Below, piece after piece: positions 12,801-25,151 of a DNA stretch of 64,000 nt. Source of the stretch: Antedon mediterranea (Eukaryota; Animalia; Echinodermata); assembly GCF_964355755.1 (NCBI RefSeq), contig NC_092674.1:27714001-27778000 (forward strand), written 5' to 3'. The notes beneath the pieces were generated by a model that saw only the letters and a program-made list of their open reading frames with translations, was not told the DNA's origin and searched no databases. Position numbers and translations under genes: made by a program. The stretch's first letter is position 1; every line of letters begins with the position of its first letter.

Positions 12801-15800
12801 ATTTTTTTTTTTTAAATCGCAAATCTAGCATTTCTTTTAACTACTGTAACGCATCTTAGTTAAGGTTACCTAATCGTAAACAGATTTACAAATTTTTTTA
12901 TTTATAATAATTCCCCCTTTTTTTTCCCACACATGCATTCAATTAATATGCATTTATATCTATACATATTTTTATAAATATTTTGTTAACCATTCAAGTG
13001 AATTTCAATAGGTTATACAAACTATAGAATATTGTTCTTGGATAAAAATAAATCTTTACTGATTATTATCGTACGATAGCTTGGAGACTTTCCGTTTTTA
13101 ATTCAGCGGACCATTTTTAGTAGTCTTTCTTGTCAATGGTTGTTGTCCAGATTTGTTTGTTTGTCGCGGTTGAAAGGTGTTTTTGTTTAGTAGGACAAAA
13201 GTGCGCTTATAATTCCAGGTGCTAAAGATAGACCAGTTATATACAACAAATACTTGTGTCTTTTTTCACAAAACTGGAATGTGGCTCTTCATATTGTTTA
13301 GCATCATGTGAGATTTCTGACATGAAAGAAATAGAACTGGTTATTGTTGTTAAAGAATTCATGTATTTTATATTATAGTAGTGTTGCTTTATAAACTCTG
13401 CTTAATAGATACTTATTCATTTATTTATCAGTTGAAAATTACTTCCATTCAATGTCATTTACATATAAAATATACATAGAAATTATGTTTACTAGTAATA
13501 GTATACTTTATAAAGGATGACTAAGATAAATTAAATTTAGAGTTATTGTCTGTTAATTTCTACCATTTACATTTATACATTTGTGTTTTTACTTTAGGTA
13601 GATTAGAAATAAATATCAATTTTATTTTCGATCTTGCCACCTTCATTTTGACCACAAGCATGTCTAGAAGTTCTTTATACTATTGAAAATCTTTATTGTA
13701 GATACACCCCTGTATATTTTTGAATAAATACAGTGGGACCTCTATTAATTGGACACATTTGGGACCCAGCTACTGTACCTACCCAGTCCCTGTATAGGAG
13801 TTGTCTGTAGTGTAAAAATATATTTCCCCTTGTTCAATTCACAAGAAAATGTCCTCTAAATAGTATGAGTGTTCCAAAGGATAGGTTCTACTGTATCATT
13901 TTCTAATTCAATTGAGATATTTTTTTTTGGTAAATAACATTTGTTTTTTCATTTACAGTCTGTGGTACAGTTAAAAAAAGAATTTGCCAGCCAAGACTTC
14001 AACCCGCATTTATTATTGTCACAGAGTGTGGATGCTTCGTCACAGACGGACCTGTCCAGTCGTATTCTAACGAACTCTAGGCTAGCGGAGAAAGCTAAAT
14101 TACGTTTCCAATATGAAGAAGTCAATAGAAGGTACATATATTTTGTTTGATTGTTTATGACAGATTTGTTCTCATTTGGCGATACAAGTCAGTTGACCAA
14201 TCACAAGCGACAGTTCAGATGATCTGTTGTGTCATGATTGGTCAAATGCTCGCAGTGCACTTCCGGCTTTGCGTTGCATCCAAGTAAAAACCAAGCTTGA
14301 TAGATTTTTATACTGTGTTGTGGTTACTATCACAAACATTGCCATCATAACAAAAATTTGTATATGACGATTTTGTTTAGCATTTTAATCATTGATGAAA
14401 GAGTGGAAATAAGCCTTTTTGTGTGCTCCCAGGGTAATCCATACCTCAATTTATAAGATCAGATTGGACAATCTCCTTATGCCATTAACGTGCAACCATA
14501 GGATAATCTTACATTCAGGGAGTGTTTAAATCGCTGGATTACAGAGTTTGACTCTTCGACATACCTTTTGTAACCGGGCCACGTCAATAAAAAAATGCGT
14601 AACTAGAGTACCGTATTGTACACTTCCTAAACATAGGTCTGTTAAACAATAAAGGTGATTTTGTACAATACAATGAAACGCATATTTGTTAAATTCCAAA
14701 ACCTTGTTGAATAATGAGTATCGTCTGTACTTAACCTAATGACTAGGGACTTAGTAATGATTATCTTCATGTGAATAGCTACGATAATCAACTGAACAAC
14801 TTTACTAATCTCGCATAGTTTAAACCACTGTCACACATTTTTACAGATTAGAAGTATTGAATAAACAAAACTTTATTCTACAATTGTTTTCTTAATCTTA
14901 ATTTTCTCATGGAGTTGGTTTTTTATTTGTGCAAACTTTATTTTTTAATAAATTAATATTTTAACATTTTATTCTCATATAATACAATGCATGTAGGGCT
15001 AATGTCTATTTTAATTTTGTTGTAATTACATAAGATTTTAAGAAATTAATTGTTATAAAAATATTTTCTAAAGATTTTGGATAAATGAAATATTAATAAT
15101 TTTAAAAGTGGCAAAAAAAACCCCCATAAAATATAGGATTTGACGATATTAGTGATGTGTAGTGGAAAGCACTACAATCTTTGTGATTAAAATTAATATG
15201 GACATTTATGAGGTCGCATTACCCTATTTTTTATTTGAATACCAGGTATATTTATGAGGCCAAAATATGCATTTCCACTCCTTCTTGACAATGCAATTGA
15301 CAGTTAGATAAAACGCTTTAGAATATCACTATGCCATAAACTGTTCAACATGGGAACAATATATCGCAATGAATTCTACCTTTGGTGTGTCTGACTGATT
15401 TTGTAGTTTATGTATACCATTATACATTACTGTAAGAGTTTTAACAATGTATTGCTAAGCCATCTGACATGCACTTCAATAGTTCTCAGTTCTCAATAGG
15501 CTGCATATCTTTGTACTGACTCATTTGCTCATTGGACCTTGATCATTGGCTAACTTGTTTGAACTTTGTAACTGCAGGCTTGTTAAATATAACCACCAAT
15601 GTCATTAGAATGTGCTAATTGCTTTGTATATATTTTGTTATCAAATGCATTAAAATATACTACAGACTTCAATGGTATGTTGATTTATAGATATTAAACC
15701 GCTTAAATTAATATCAGTAAGGATCGATCTTGGTGTAAGCCTACCCTGGAGAATAAGCCAAACATTTTCCGTTAAATATGACTTCATTTCACTACTTTTA

Positions 15801-18800
15801 AGCTTGCCACCACTTCTCCCTATTTCAAAATCCTGGATCTGTCACTAATAAAAACAAAATAAAAAAACTAGAATTTAATGAAAGCAATCAAAATACAAAT
15901 AAGATGTTATTTCTTTCCAAACCAATAGTATACAACAACATATAAAATATATACCAAACTACTAATATTTATTACTGATTATACTAGGTATTTCTGCACT
16001 GTATGTTACTATAATTAACATAATTTTTTTTTAACTTATTTTCAGAATCAATAGAATACAAAAAGATTTAAGTCATTTAGAAAACCAGGCAGCACCGCAC
16101 AATATAAAAGAAGATAAAAATCGGTTACTGCTCATCAACGAAAAAGAAGACCTTTTGCGTGATCTACGATGTACGAATCCACGGAAACGCACCAAGGAAG
16201 AAAAACAAAAATTAGAGGAGGAAAGGAGTAAACTAGCCAAGGAAATTTACGATGCTCGCGAGGAGGCCCAACAGGTGATTGGAGACAGGTAAATAATTCT
16301 TAAACATATAATATTGTAAAGGTCTGTCTACACTATGAAACATTATGTGACAACAAAAATATGATGTGCCTATATATGGACACGATGATACCATATTTGA
16401 GCATATCACTACCATATTTGAGCACATTGCACTTTTTTTTTGTCAAACTAGTTATAGTACAGTACTAATAGTTTAGTCACAAAATGTGCACTGCAAATCA
16501 CAACCATGATATTGCCATTTAAACAGAGACATTTGAAATATGTAATTTATAAAATGATAATTGATGATATTATTAAATATAGTTACATAGATTTAATTTT
16601 AAAATTTTTTTCTTCTTAATTAAAATTTTTCATAGAATTCGCAAGGAAGAGCGCAAGAATCAGCTGATGAAAGAGTTGGCAGAAATGACAAAACTCGCAA
16701 CGCATCTCCAAAACCAAATTAAAACGTGAGTGGACTCGAGTGAACTCTGAATGTTTTGCATTCTGCATTCGCAAAATAACTTTGGAAACGTTAAAGTAAT
16801 ATTTCAACTTCGTTTACATGTCATAATTTAGCGTTGCGGTGTTGAAGGTGATGTTTTATTACAGTACAGTAACTGGAATTTGTTCTGCATGATTTGAGGG
16901 TGCTACAGATAGCTGACATACCATAAACACAACTTCTTCATATATCATTGTGAAATATTTATGTTATATCAAATGATAATTTCATGGCTGTTTGAAAAAT
17001 TATTAGCTTGTCATTTCATGGACCTATAAATTAGTGAAATAAATATCCAAAATGTAAAATTTAAATTAGGTCTTCCACCTGGTATGCAAATGCACTATAT
17101 TTGCATTATTTTATGTATAAATATTTTTCTTTTTTTGTAGTGTTTCAATCACAACATTGTCTTCGGGATCCAGTAAGGGCTCTTTAGCAGCTTCCAGTCA
17201 AGGCTCGTTAACATCTAGTCGAGGGTCATTGACCTCAAGTTTTACTGACCTTTATGGGTCATCTCATACCAAGTATCTGAGTGATATATCGGTCAGGGAG
17301 ATGCAGCGTAAGGTACGTTTAAGTACACTAACTTATTTTGCATGTTAAATTTATATGAAAAGAAAAGTTGGTTTGTTAATAGCTGTATTACTTGAATATA
17401 TCTTCACAATACATTTATTCATCCCATTTTTGCAGCTTGAATCTCTTTTACCAGGATGTCGACTTGGAAACGTAAAACCAAATAGCATTACACCAATACG
17501 TGAGGTGCTAACACCAACTAACACTTTAGACCGAAACCAAAACCCGCAGCTTGTAAGCCAAGATGGACTTTCCGCTCAAGGAACCCCAAACACGAACATC
17601 TCCTTATCTCCAAGATCATCTCTGAATTCACTCTCCCCACCAGCATCACCTAGTGGCGGAGACGTTGATTCAAATGCGTTGGAACCAGGCACGGTTCCGC
17701 CACCAAGTTACAAAGAACATATTGTTCAGAGACTGAAACCGGACGTGGACACAAATACGTCGTCAGCACAAACTTTAGACGATCTTGAATCGTCGCTTGC
17801 GAGTTTACAAATTGGGAAACGTGAAGTGTGCAACTCGCATTCAGCATTTTTGTATGGACTTGGAAACGGAGATAGTAATTCACAACTTACATTTTTATCT
17901 AATAGTAAAGGAGGGCTAGCATTAGATTTAGAAACAAGAGTTGATAATGGAGTAGAATATACCACACCACTGTCACCGATACGTGAAAATGCACCTGGTA
18001 ATTTAGTTTACTTTTTATCAATGCTACTTTATTACACAGTTCATTTCTGTATAATGTACTTGTTGTTGTTAGTTAAAGATGTATTGTCCCCCAAAACATG
18101 AAAATGAAGATTAATTAAATCAGACTTTGAATAGATTAATTTGTGGTTTTAATCAAGTTAATCCCTTCTGTTTAAAAAATAAAATGCAGAAAAAAATAAT
18201 GTTTTCTCGTATAAAATTACAAAAATAATTGGTCACATTTAACCAAAACCCCAGTAGATAACTATTATGTGACATTTAAATGACATAAAACAATACATCT
18301 TTAATATTTCAATGGATTTCAATTGATTTATATTATGTAGTGTACACCTCCATCCATCCATCTGTGTGTATTGATGAGTTTTCCTTATTATTGGTTTGTC
18401 ATAAATGCTTGGTAGTTTACATTCTAAAAAGGAATCATTAGAAATACTCAAAGATCAGGACCGTATCCAGGATGAGGCAGTTTACGCACGCGCCTCATCT
18501 AAAATTGTCAATTTTCACTACTTGCCCCAATTCACCAGCAGAGATTGTCATATTTTATATTAATAATTATATTGAAAGCATCTTTGCCTAGGTGTCTATT
18601 TTTAACCCTTCATTACAGCATTGAAGATGTTGTGAAATATCACTGCAAGTAATAATGTAATAGCCATAGCCTATATGTTTGATACATACTTCAGCATATT
18701 TATATACTAGTAATACTTCCTAACAATATAGCATCATATACACAGAATATAGCGGTAACTTTGAAGAATTAATGATTCGCTGCCATGCACGCTATTTAAA

Positions 18801-21800
18801 CATTTTGTAAAGAAAGAAAATTACTATTGATTATTGCATGCGTGACAGAGCAACTGAAATACAAGAAATTTAATTTGATTTTATCTTCTCTTTATAAATT
18901 ATTCATTGCGATTGATTGGTAATAAATGTATTTTCTTTTAGATTTAACAACGCAAGAGAATGTGTCATCGTCCGCGTACACACAAAGCGTATCGGCAGCT
19001 GTGTCAAACGAATCAGTCGCTGGTGATAGCGGCGTGTACGAGGCGGTCACTAGAAGGTGAGAGATTGTTACTAAAACGTTTTAAATTGTTTTTGATATCT
19101 GCTTTGAATTTATTTCCTTCATAATTGTAATATAAAAGTTTGATTTTTTTTTAAACACTGCTTGCTAATTTTATTCACATTTATCTAGAATGTTTAGATA
19201 TAGCTATAATAAAAAAAAACATAAGAATATGTATTTTTACAGACTGACAATAATTGGAAATTTTTTATTTTTTTTGGGTCGAAACTTTAAATAAATATAT
19301 GTAAATATGTTACATTATATCAAATAAATAAACATATTTACACCATATTGTTTCTCAATTTAGACATGAATTAGATCCTGGTATTGAAGCCTACATTGAC
19401 TGTGCTCAGCTACAGGTTCTGTTCAACTATAATACAATGGAAGGGTGTCTGTACATCAGCCTAGAAAAGATAGTGAATCTACAAGGCCTAGGCTTACAGG
19501 AATGTCCAGCAATGTAAGTAAAAAGTGTATCTGTCTACACTATCAAACTAGTTTGACAAACAAAGTGTGATGTGCCCAAATATGGCAATGATATGCCCAA
19601 ATATGGTGGTGATATGACTATGACTATGTGTAGACAAAGCTTTAGTGTCATTGAACATAAATTTGTGTTTTCTATTCAGAGGACACTTGTAGGTGACCCT
19701 CTGTTGGGTTCGACTTGTAGTAACATTACAGATTTTAGTATTTGCATATTTCAAAATTTCAAATATATTTATATAATTAATCATTTATTTTGTTGTTACC
19801 TATTTCAGGTTTTTTAAAGGAGATTTAACACCATGCCCATCTTCTCTAAACTGGTGCTTCCAAACTGGAATCCCGCCTGACCTTGTACAAGGGTCAATCG
19901 GCATTACGATCTTGAAAGAAGTACCCAGCAGTATCCTAGCCAATCTCACATTGCATCTGTTAGCTTTCACACACAATGAGAAAAATGAGGAGGAGTGTTT
20001 AGTAAGTGTTTATAATTTATAACTGTACAGCGGTGCAACACAGAGGCTGTAAACTCCGGGACCCCTGGGTTTAGTGTTTAGTGCTTATAGCTGTATGCCA
20101 CTGTAACTGTATATCTTCTTCGCTTCTGGATATCTCCTAAAACTAACACGACTTTTTTGTTTTCTAGGGTGTGGCTCAGATACCACTGTCTGCTTTCAGT
20201 ACATCACTACAACCTTGGATCACATGGTGTAATCTCACCAACTACAAGAAATTAAGATCTTTAGAGTCGTCTAAAGCACAGACCACAAGATTATATGTAA
20301 GTTGACAATTTATGTTAAAGATGTATTGTCCCCCAAAAACATGAAAAATGAAGATTAATTAAATCAGACTTTGAATAGGTTATTTTGTAGTTATAATAAA
20401 GTTAATCACTTCCGTAGAAAAAAAAAAGAAAAAAATCAATGTTTTCACTTATAAAATGACAAAATAAATGGTTAAATTTAACCAAAAATCCATTGGCTGG
20501 CAGCCAATTTGACAATTTTTTGCTTTAAATTACAGTTTTTTCAGGTAAATACATTTTTTTTTCGATCTAATTTTTGGTCAAAGTGGAGAACTATTATGTG
20601 ACATTAAAATGGTATATTTAACAAAAAAAATTTTAATAATTATTTTTTCAGGGGACAATACATCTTTAACTTTAAAATTGTTACAGTTTATACATTCTAT
20701 GGATACAGTTTTTTCATTTGATAAACTTTAGTTTATAATTTCTTGTAATTTATTTGTTTTTTTATTATTAAATAGGCAAGTGAAATGGACATAAGCCGAC
20801 TTAATTCATGTACAAATCATCGAAGGTCTTCCATTGGTACTGTAGACGGTGCCTATCCTGATGCTATTGCTAGGTAAGGCATCTCAATTTTATTTTATTC
20901 AATTTTCAGGTACAAACAACAACATGAAATTCATGACAATGGTGCAGCACCCTGGGGATTGCCAAGAGTGATAAGCACTATCGAATCGGCTCTCCATAAA
21001 ACTTCTTTTTCATTTATTTTTTTCTGAAAAGGATAAACATGATATGAACTAAATGTAATGCTTTCTATGATTGGCTTAAAGTGTAAGGTGTCATGTCAAC
21101 ATGATTGTACTGCAGTTTATTCAGTAACTAAATATTTTTACTACAGTAACTGCATGCATGTCAGGCAGTCATTGCAATAGGAAATGTGTTTAGTTACCCA
21201 AATATTTACTTCAGTAACTGCAGTAGAAAAATGTTGACGTGGTCCCTTAAATGTTGATGTGGTCCCTAATATTGACTGGTAAAATATGCAAAATAAATAC
21301 ATTATTAAAAAGAGACCGGCTAAATATTTTCGTTTCAATGTTTTATATATTTCATTGATTTTTTTTTCAGATTAAGGTCTTTCTCGTTTGACAGCGCTCA
21401 CCTCAAGCAGCAAAAGAACCTAACGTCTTTATCGATCCATTCCGTTAACATTCCTACAGCGTCCGGCTTGAACCATTTAGATCCAAGAGTACGCAACCAG
21501 AGTCTCAGTTTACACTCGTTGAACGGTGTCAAGATCGATAAAGAGATTAACACAGAAATGTCAGGCCCAGAAGTAGCTAAGCAGCTTCAACCTGGGATGA
21601 GGCCTAGATCTATTCAAGATCTACACACCCCTACCACCACAGTCACAAGGTCTAAAACCTTCTCTGCTCATCCTGGAACCCATTACATTTGTCAGGTATT
21701 TATACTAAAAATATATTTTGTATTTTGCTATTTTAGTAATTGTGATAATTGGATCAATATCACTAGACTACCTCACCCCAACCACTGACAAGGTACACCA

Positions 21801-24770
21801 CCCCAACCACCGACAAAGTACACCACCCCAACCACCGACAAGGTACACCACCCCAACCACCGACATTGTACAATACCTCAACCACCGACAAAGTACAACA
21901 CCCCAACCACCGACAAGGTACAGCACCCCAATCGCCATCAATGTACAACACCCCAACCACCACCAAGGTACAACACCCAAACCACCACCACCAAGGTACA
22001 GAACCCCAACCACCTCAAAATGTTAGTCAGAAGAGAATAAACAATTTACTAAAAATGTTTTTTTTATATAGCTAAATCGTAGTGATAGCGACAGTGCGAT
22101 GCCGTTGTACAGAAAGCCATTTACCAGAAACTCAATAGACAGAAGAAGCATTCGATGGAAGAAGGTTTGTAATACCTCTATGTTATTTTCTTAAATAAGA
22201 AAGTGAAACAGATTGCAGTGGAGTCTTATATGCTTCAATAAAACCCATAATCTTATTCACCCTATTCTTCTTACAGTATCTCCACATATCGCATTATATG
22301 CCCAGTATCTTGGCAAATTTTGTAATACAAGGTCACATATGTATCACATGTATTTATGTATTGTTATTTGGCCTATTATACAGGCATCACATATGATAAA
22401 TATTTTACACTGTATCACAGAATTAGCTTACGAAACTGTATAGATTATTGATACAGTACCCAGAATCTGCTAAATTGTTGATTCTGAACCTCATTCTAAT
22501 AGGCTAATACATTAAGCTCTGTCTACACTATCAAACTTTATGTGACAACAAAAATATGATGATGTCATATTACTACCATACTTGGGTATATCACTAACAT
22601 ATTTAAGCATATCACTTATGTGCACATCAATTTTTGTCACATAAAGTTTGATAGTATAGATAGAGCTTTAGTTCTAAGGAAAGATGAATATCATTCCTAT
22701 TTCTTAAATGTATATGCTACTAACCTCTTAGTAGTTCATGATTTTTAAACTTTAAACATGAACTTAAACATGAACATACATACCAGCATGTAATGAGGAT
22801 GAGTCATGCCTTTGGATTGAATGTCATTTACCTTTCATGTAAACTCCTTACGGTATCATAACATTCTAAGTAAACCCACTCCATAAGTTAAACCGGTGTT
22901 ATCATGCCATTCCTTTGAAATCGCCTCTCTGTGACATAGTGACAAGCTTATAAATGTCACCATGATAGTGGTGAAAGATAATAGTATTATTCATATCTAG
23001 TCATTCCTCTTTTATATAAACCTGTTTAATTCATCACCACTATCATGGCATACCAATGAAATCCCTCTGTCTTTCTGTCTGACATACGTGACATTTTTTA
23101 CAAATGTCACTGCGTAACATTTTTTACAAATGTCACTGTGACAAAGGTGACAGGAGATGTTTTGTTGCCAGCCCCCACCCCTTTAAAAAATAAAATTCAT
23201 AAATTATTATATTAAGTCAGACAAATTTCCTATCATTGACAAAATATATCTATCTGCACTACAAATAACAACACTGACTAGTTAGTCAAATGTTATGAAA
23301 TGTTGTTTTAATTTATTTTGATCAATACTTATAATTTTAATTTCTGAATTTGTATCAATAATTGATACTGTAGTCCTAAATTTAAACAAAGAAAAATAAG
23401 CCTCTCTCAGCCTGTTTGTTAGTGGAGGTTTTGTCTCTGCTTAAAATAAAAAACGCACCTTAAACCATAGTTATTTTTTTTGTTATAGAGTAAAATTATT
23501 GAACCGCAGCAACCAGTATCGAGAGAGTCGTATCACAAAACATCATTGGATCTTGAGATGGACCTTCAAGCGTCACGTGTAAAACAGTTGAAGCTGAACG
23601 AGGAAATCGACAAACTACGGGAAATTAAACGATGTATGGAAGAAGCAAAAGTAAAAGGTATTATCATATAATTTTTTTTTTCATTTCATTTCTTCATTTT
23701 TTATATTTAGGTAAATTGTCAAGGATAACCATAAGCGAATTAATTCACTTGAAGATGGCAATCCTGTTCACAAGACAAACATATACACAAGATGCTCTAC
23801 ATAAAGTCTTGTTACAAGTCGTCTTTGGGAGTTGTAATTTAATCCTGACATGTGACAGGACTTGAACCCAGGACCCTTGGATTGGTGACCAAGCATCATA
23901 ACCACCAAACCACAACTCCACTTCAATATATTGTTTGATACAGGCTTTGAAACCATTTTAAGGATTGAAATGACACTTTATAGAGATGCTGTCGAGGATT
24001 TGCAATTGCCTTTGCAGCATATTTTGTGATACTTCAGCCACTGTATAAATTAAATTAAAACAGTAAATTAAAACAAAATATTAAAGATAAATATTAACTT
24101 TATTTTTCTATAGGTGAAGTTAAAATGCCCGAAACAGTCAGCGAGAACAACCTAATGAAAAGGCTTCTTGTGGATGCGGAGATGGACGTGCTGCGGAGAC
24201 ATCAAAGTCACGAGGTAGTCCAGCAGGAGAAGAAGACGGATAGGTTAATGAAGAAAACCATTCAGGGAATGCATCAAATGACAAAAGATCCTAATAGTAA
24301 TGCAGATATCACTAGGTTTAGGTAAGAAATCATTAATTAGCTACGTAACACAAATTAAGACTTTTATTGCATTAGTACCTCATCCTTCAGATGAGATGTA
24401 AAGTTGTTGGTCTTGAACACATAAAGCACTACCAAACTAGTTCGCACAAAAAGTGCGATGTACCTAAATATGGTAGTGATATGACATCATCTTGTCCATA
24501 TATTGGGACATCAAATTTTGTCACATAATTTTGATAGTGTAGACAGGGAGAAGGGAATTGTTTCCATTGTGTTCCCGATGTGTACTGCTGGCTGCTATGG
24601 GTATGCGGAAGGCCTAATCCGAATTGCTTCAGTTTCCAGTTAAGCTTGGTGTGATTATGATTAAATTTAAAAAATAAAAAATTGTCACCACTGTTATTTT
24701 TATTCCTTTCAGAGAAAAGTTGGAATTCTTCACATCAACAGGGGGACAAGCATTGCCACAGAAATATTAG
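6850..24770 (+). CDS. WWC1: KIBRA/WWC-family protein (WW2, coiled coils, C2 domain, aPKC-binding region); 5'-partial, 21 exons in window
   Basis: Exons 6850-6890, 7326-7394, 9092-9243, 9672-9720, 10685-10844, 11732-11867, 13959-14131, 16046-16288, 16636-16725, 17141-17312, 17436-17997, 18942-19056, 19364-19513, 19809-20001, 20168-20296, 20776-20873, 21371-21695, 22072-22164, 23489-23657, 24114-24321, 24713-24770. All introns are GT-AG with consistent phases (3385 coding nt). KIBRA motifs: TKPYSFADC..ELPIGWEQGYD..QIEDPRLQW..MLKDYL; KYDPDLLKAE; SAAVSNESVAGDSGVYEA; LNRSDSDS..PFTRNSIDRRSIR; TSLDLEMDLQAS; FREKLEFFT. No WW1 exon was found in 1-6849. The symbol denotes the family, not a specific vertebrate paralog. 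Confidence 0.95.
7326..7394 (+). CDS. WWC1: KIBRA exon (WW2)
   Basis: ttcag|...|gtaagt; ELPIGWEQGYDDQLGVYYINHIH. Confidence 0.93.
9092..9243 (+). CDS. WWC1: KIBRA exon (WW2 end, coiled coil)
   Basis: cttag|...|gtaaaa; SNQIEDPRLQWRHQQDQMLKDYL...LQLAEAE. Confidence 0.93.
9672..9720 (+). CDS. WWC1: KIBRA exon
   Basis: tttcag|TTT...AGT T|gtaagt; FDHLNYHLNGWQSRSS; phases match neighbours. Confidence 0.85.
10685..10844 (+). CDS. WWC1: KIBRA exon
   Basis: acag|...|gtaaga; NSTSSTGSTKYDPDLLKAEVDNAKRRV...HGIETLS. Confidence 0.92.
10953..11140. mobile_element. MITE family E (TIR approximately GGAGTTTTCGATTTGC)
   Basis: GGACGTTTTGATTTGC...GCAAATCGAAAACTCC; internal CTAGGTCCAG/GACCTAGG shared with about 6103-6237 and 58070-58195. 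Confidence 0.6.
11732..11867 (+). CDS. WWC1: KIBRA exon
   Basis: ctgtag|...|gtatgt; VDKKMSAG...SIKQSLAVGEKQKQDLCE. Confidence 0.9.
13731..13893. mobile_element. TA-flanked Tc1/pogo-type MITE
   Basis: TA|CAGTGGGACCTCTATT...ATAGGTTCTACTG|TA. Confidence 0.65.
13959..14131 (+). CDS. WWC1: KIBRA exon
   Basis: ttacag|...|gtacat; SVVQLKKEF...DASSQTDLS...RLAEKAKLRFQYEE. Confidence 0.9.
16046..16288 (+). CDS. WWC1: KIBRA exon
   Basis: ttcag|...|gtaaat; INRIQKDL...DKNRLLLINEKEDLLRDLR...QQVIGD. Confidence 0.92.
16636..16725 (+). CDS. WWC1: KIBRA exon
   Basis: catag|...|gtgagt; IRKEERKNQLMKELAEMTKLATHLQNQIK. Confidence 0.9.
17141..17312 (+). CDS. WWC1: KIBRA exon (Ser-rich)
   Basis: ttgtag|...|gtacgt; LSSGSSKGSLAASSQGSLTSSRGSLTSSFTDLYG. 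Confidence 0.92.
17436..17997 (+). CDS. WWC1: KIBRA exon
   Basis: tgcag|CTT...CCT G|gtaatt; ITPIRE, SLSPRSSLNSLSPPASP, PLSPIRE. Confidence 0.9.
18077..18300. mobile_element. MITE family C copy, internally deleted
   Basis: TTAA-flanked, same TIRs. Confidence 0.8.
18942..19056 (+). CDS. WWC1: KIBRA exon (DSGVYE degron-type motif)
   Basis: tttag|...|gtgaga; SVSAAVSNESVAGDSGVYEAVTR. Confidence 0.94.
19364..19513 (+). CDS. WWC1: KIBRA exon (C2 start)
   Basis: tttag|...|gtaagt; DCAQLQVLFNYNTMEGCLYISLEKIVNLQGL. Confidence 0.88.
19809..20001 (+). CDS. WWC1: KIBRA exon (C2)
   Basis: ttcag|...|gtaagt; FFKGDLTPCPS...LANLTLHL...NEEECL. Confidence 0.88.
20028..20103. mobile_element. 76-bp hAT-type MITE with 8-bp TSD
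   Basis: TAACTGTA|CAGCGG...CCACTG|TAACTGTA. Confidence 0.7.
20168..20296 (+). CDS. WWC1: KIBRA exon (C2 end)
   Basis: ctag|GGT...TAT|gtaagt; GVAQIPLSAF...WITWCNL. Confidence 0.88.
20319..20665. mobile_element. MITE family C (TTAA|AGATGTATTGTCCCC...GGGGACAATACATCT|TTAA; Kolobok-like)
   Basis: TTAA TSD with AG..CT termini. Other copies at 18077-18300, 35844-36188, 39278-39580, 40000-40258, 45308-45383 (partial), 45683-46025, 56337-56678. Confidence 0.85.
20776..20873 (+). CDS. WWC1: KIBRA exon
   Basis: aatag|GCA...AG|gtaagg; open and phase-compatible (0 to 2), little recognisable homology. Confidence 0.78.
21371..21695 (+). CDS. WWC1: KIBRA exon
   Basis: ttcag|...CAG|gtattt; VKIDKEINTE...VTRSKTFS...HYICQ. 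Confidence 0.85.
21773..22014. repeat. C/A-rich minisatellite, unit about 25 bp, in a KIBRA intron
   Basis: CACCCCAACCACCGACAAGGTACA units, about 9-10 copies. Confidence 0.92.
22072..22164 (+). CDS. WWC1: KIBRA exon (aPKC/PKMzeta-binding motif)
   Basis: tatag|...|gtttgt; LNRSDSDSAMPLYRKPFTRNSIDRRSIRWKK. Confidence 0.94.
22515..22667. mobile_element. MITE family A (TIR AGCTCTGTCTACACTATCAAAC, TWA TSD; PIF/Harbinger-type)
   Basis: TTA|AGCTCTGTCTACAC...GTATAGATAGAGCT|TTA. Other copies at about 2532-2624, 16320-16462, 19527-19641, 24424-24548, 25014-25151, 30501-30681, 56201-56316, 56789-56917, 58856-58986, 59044-59219. Confidence 0.85.
23489..23657 (+). CDS. WWC1: KIBRA exon
   Basis: tatag|...|gtatta; KTSLDLEMDLQASRVKQLKLNEEIDKLREIKRCMEEAK. 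Confidence 0.92.
23852..23922 (-). mobile_element. tRNA-derived SINE head fragment
   Basis: Minus strand GTGGTTTGGTGGTTATGATGCTTGGTCACCAATCCAAGGGTCCTGGGTTCAAGTCC; related copy at 43590-43668. Confidence 0.55.
24114..24321 (+). CDS. WWC1: KIBRA exon
   Basis: ctatag|...AG|gtaaga; GEVKMPETVSENNLMKRLL...ADITRF. Confidence 0.88.
24713..24770 (+). CDS. WWC1: KIBRA terminal coding exon
   Basis: tttcag|A GAA AAG...TAT TAG; (R)EKLEFFTSTGGQALPQKY*. Confidence 0.88.
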
Positions 24771-25013
24771 TAAATATATTGAGAGGTAGATAGCAGACAG
24801 TATAGGTGCTTTGATGGAAATCTCGGGGACAAATTTGTTGATGCCTTTTCTCTTTATCCTCACCACATCATGTCTATTGGTACAGTCTCCCAAACTTCAA
24901 ATTCATTTGCTAGCTACATCTACATAGAAAACGTCATTGGGTTTAGATAGGACATACATGATTCCATCATATATTTTTTTTTTAATGTTGGTGTACATTA
25001 TTGTTTTATGTTA

Positions 25014-25151
25014 AGCTCTGTCTATCTAGTTTGACAAAAAAGTGTGATGTGCCCAAATATGGTAGTGATAGTGATATGACATCATCATGCCCAAAAGTGG
25101 GCACATCACATTTTGTTGTCATATATTAGGTTTGATAGTGTAGACAGAGTT
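25014..25151. mobile_element. MITE family A copy in predicted KIBRA 3' UTR
   Basis: TTA|AGCTCTGTCTA...GTGTAGACAGAGTT|TTA. Confidence 0.8.

Noticed and set aside
17355-18101. 248-aa ORF as a standalone gene
   Set aside because: It is KIBRA exon 17436-17997 read through into the flanking introns and a MITE.
21718-22075. Several overlapping Pro/Thr- or Val/Gly-rich ORFs
   Set aside because: Artefacts of a stop-poor intronic minisatellite.
23852-23922. Functional tRNA gene (also 43590-43668 and 6280-6360)
   Set aside because: No intact acceptor stem or cloverleaf; better explained as SINE heads.
24385-24640. Possible Deu/Nin-type SINE fragment interrupted by a family A MITE
   Set aside because: Similarity rests on a short recalled motif (TTCAGATGAGATGTAAA); too weak to call without a search.
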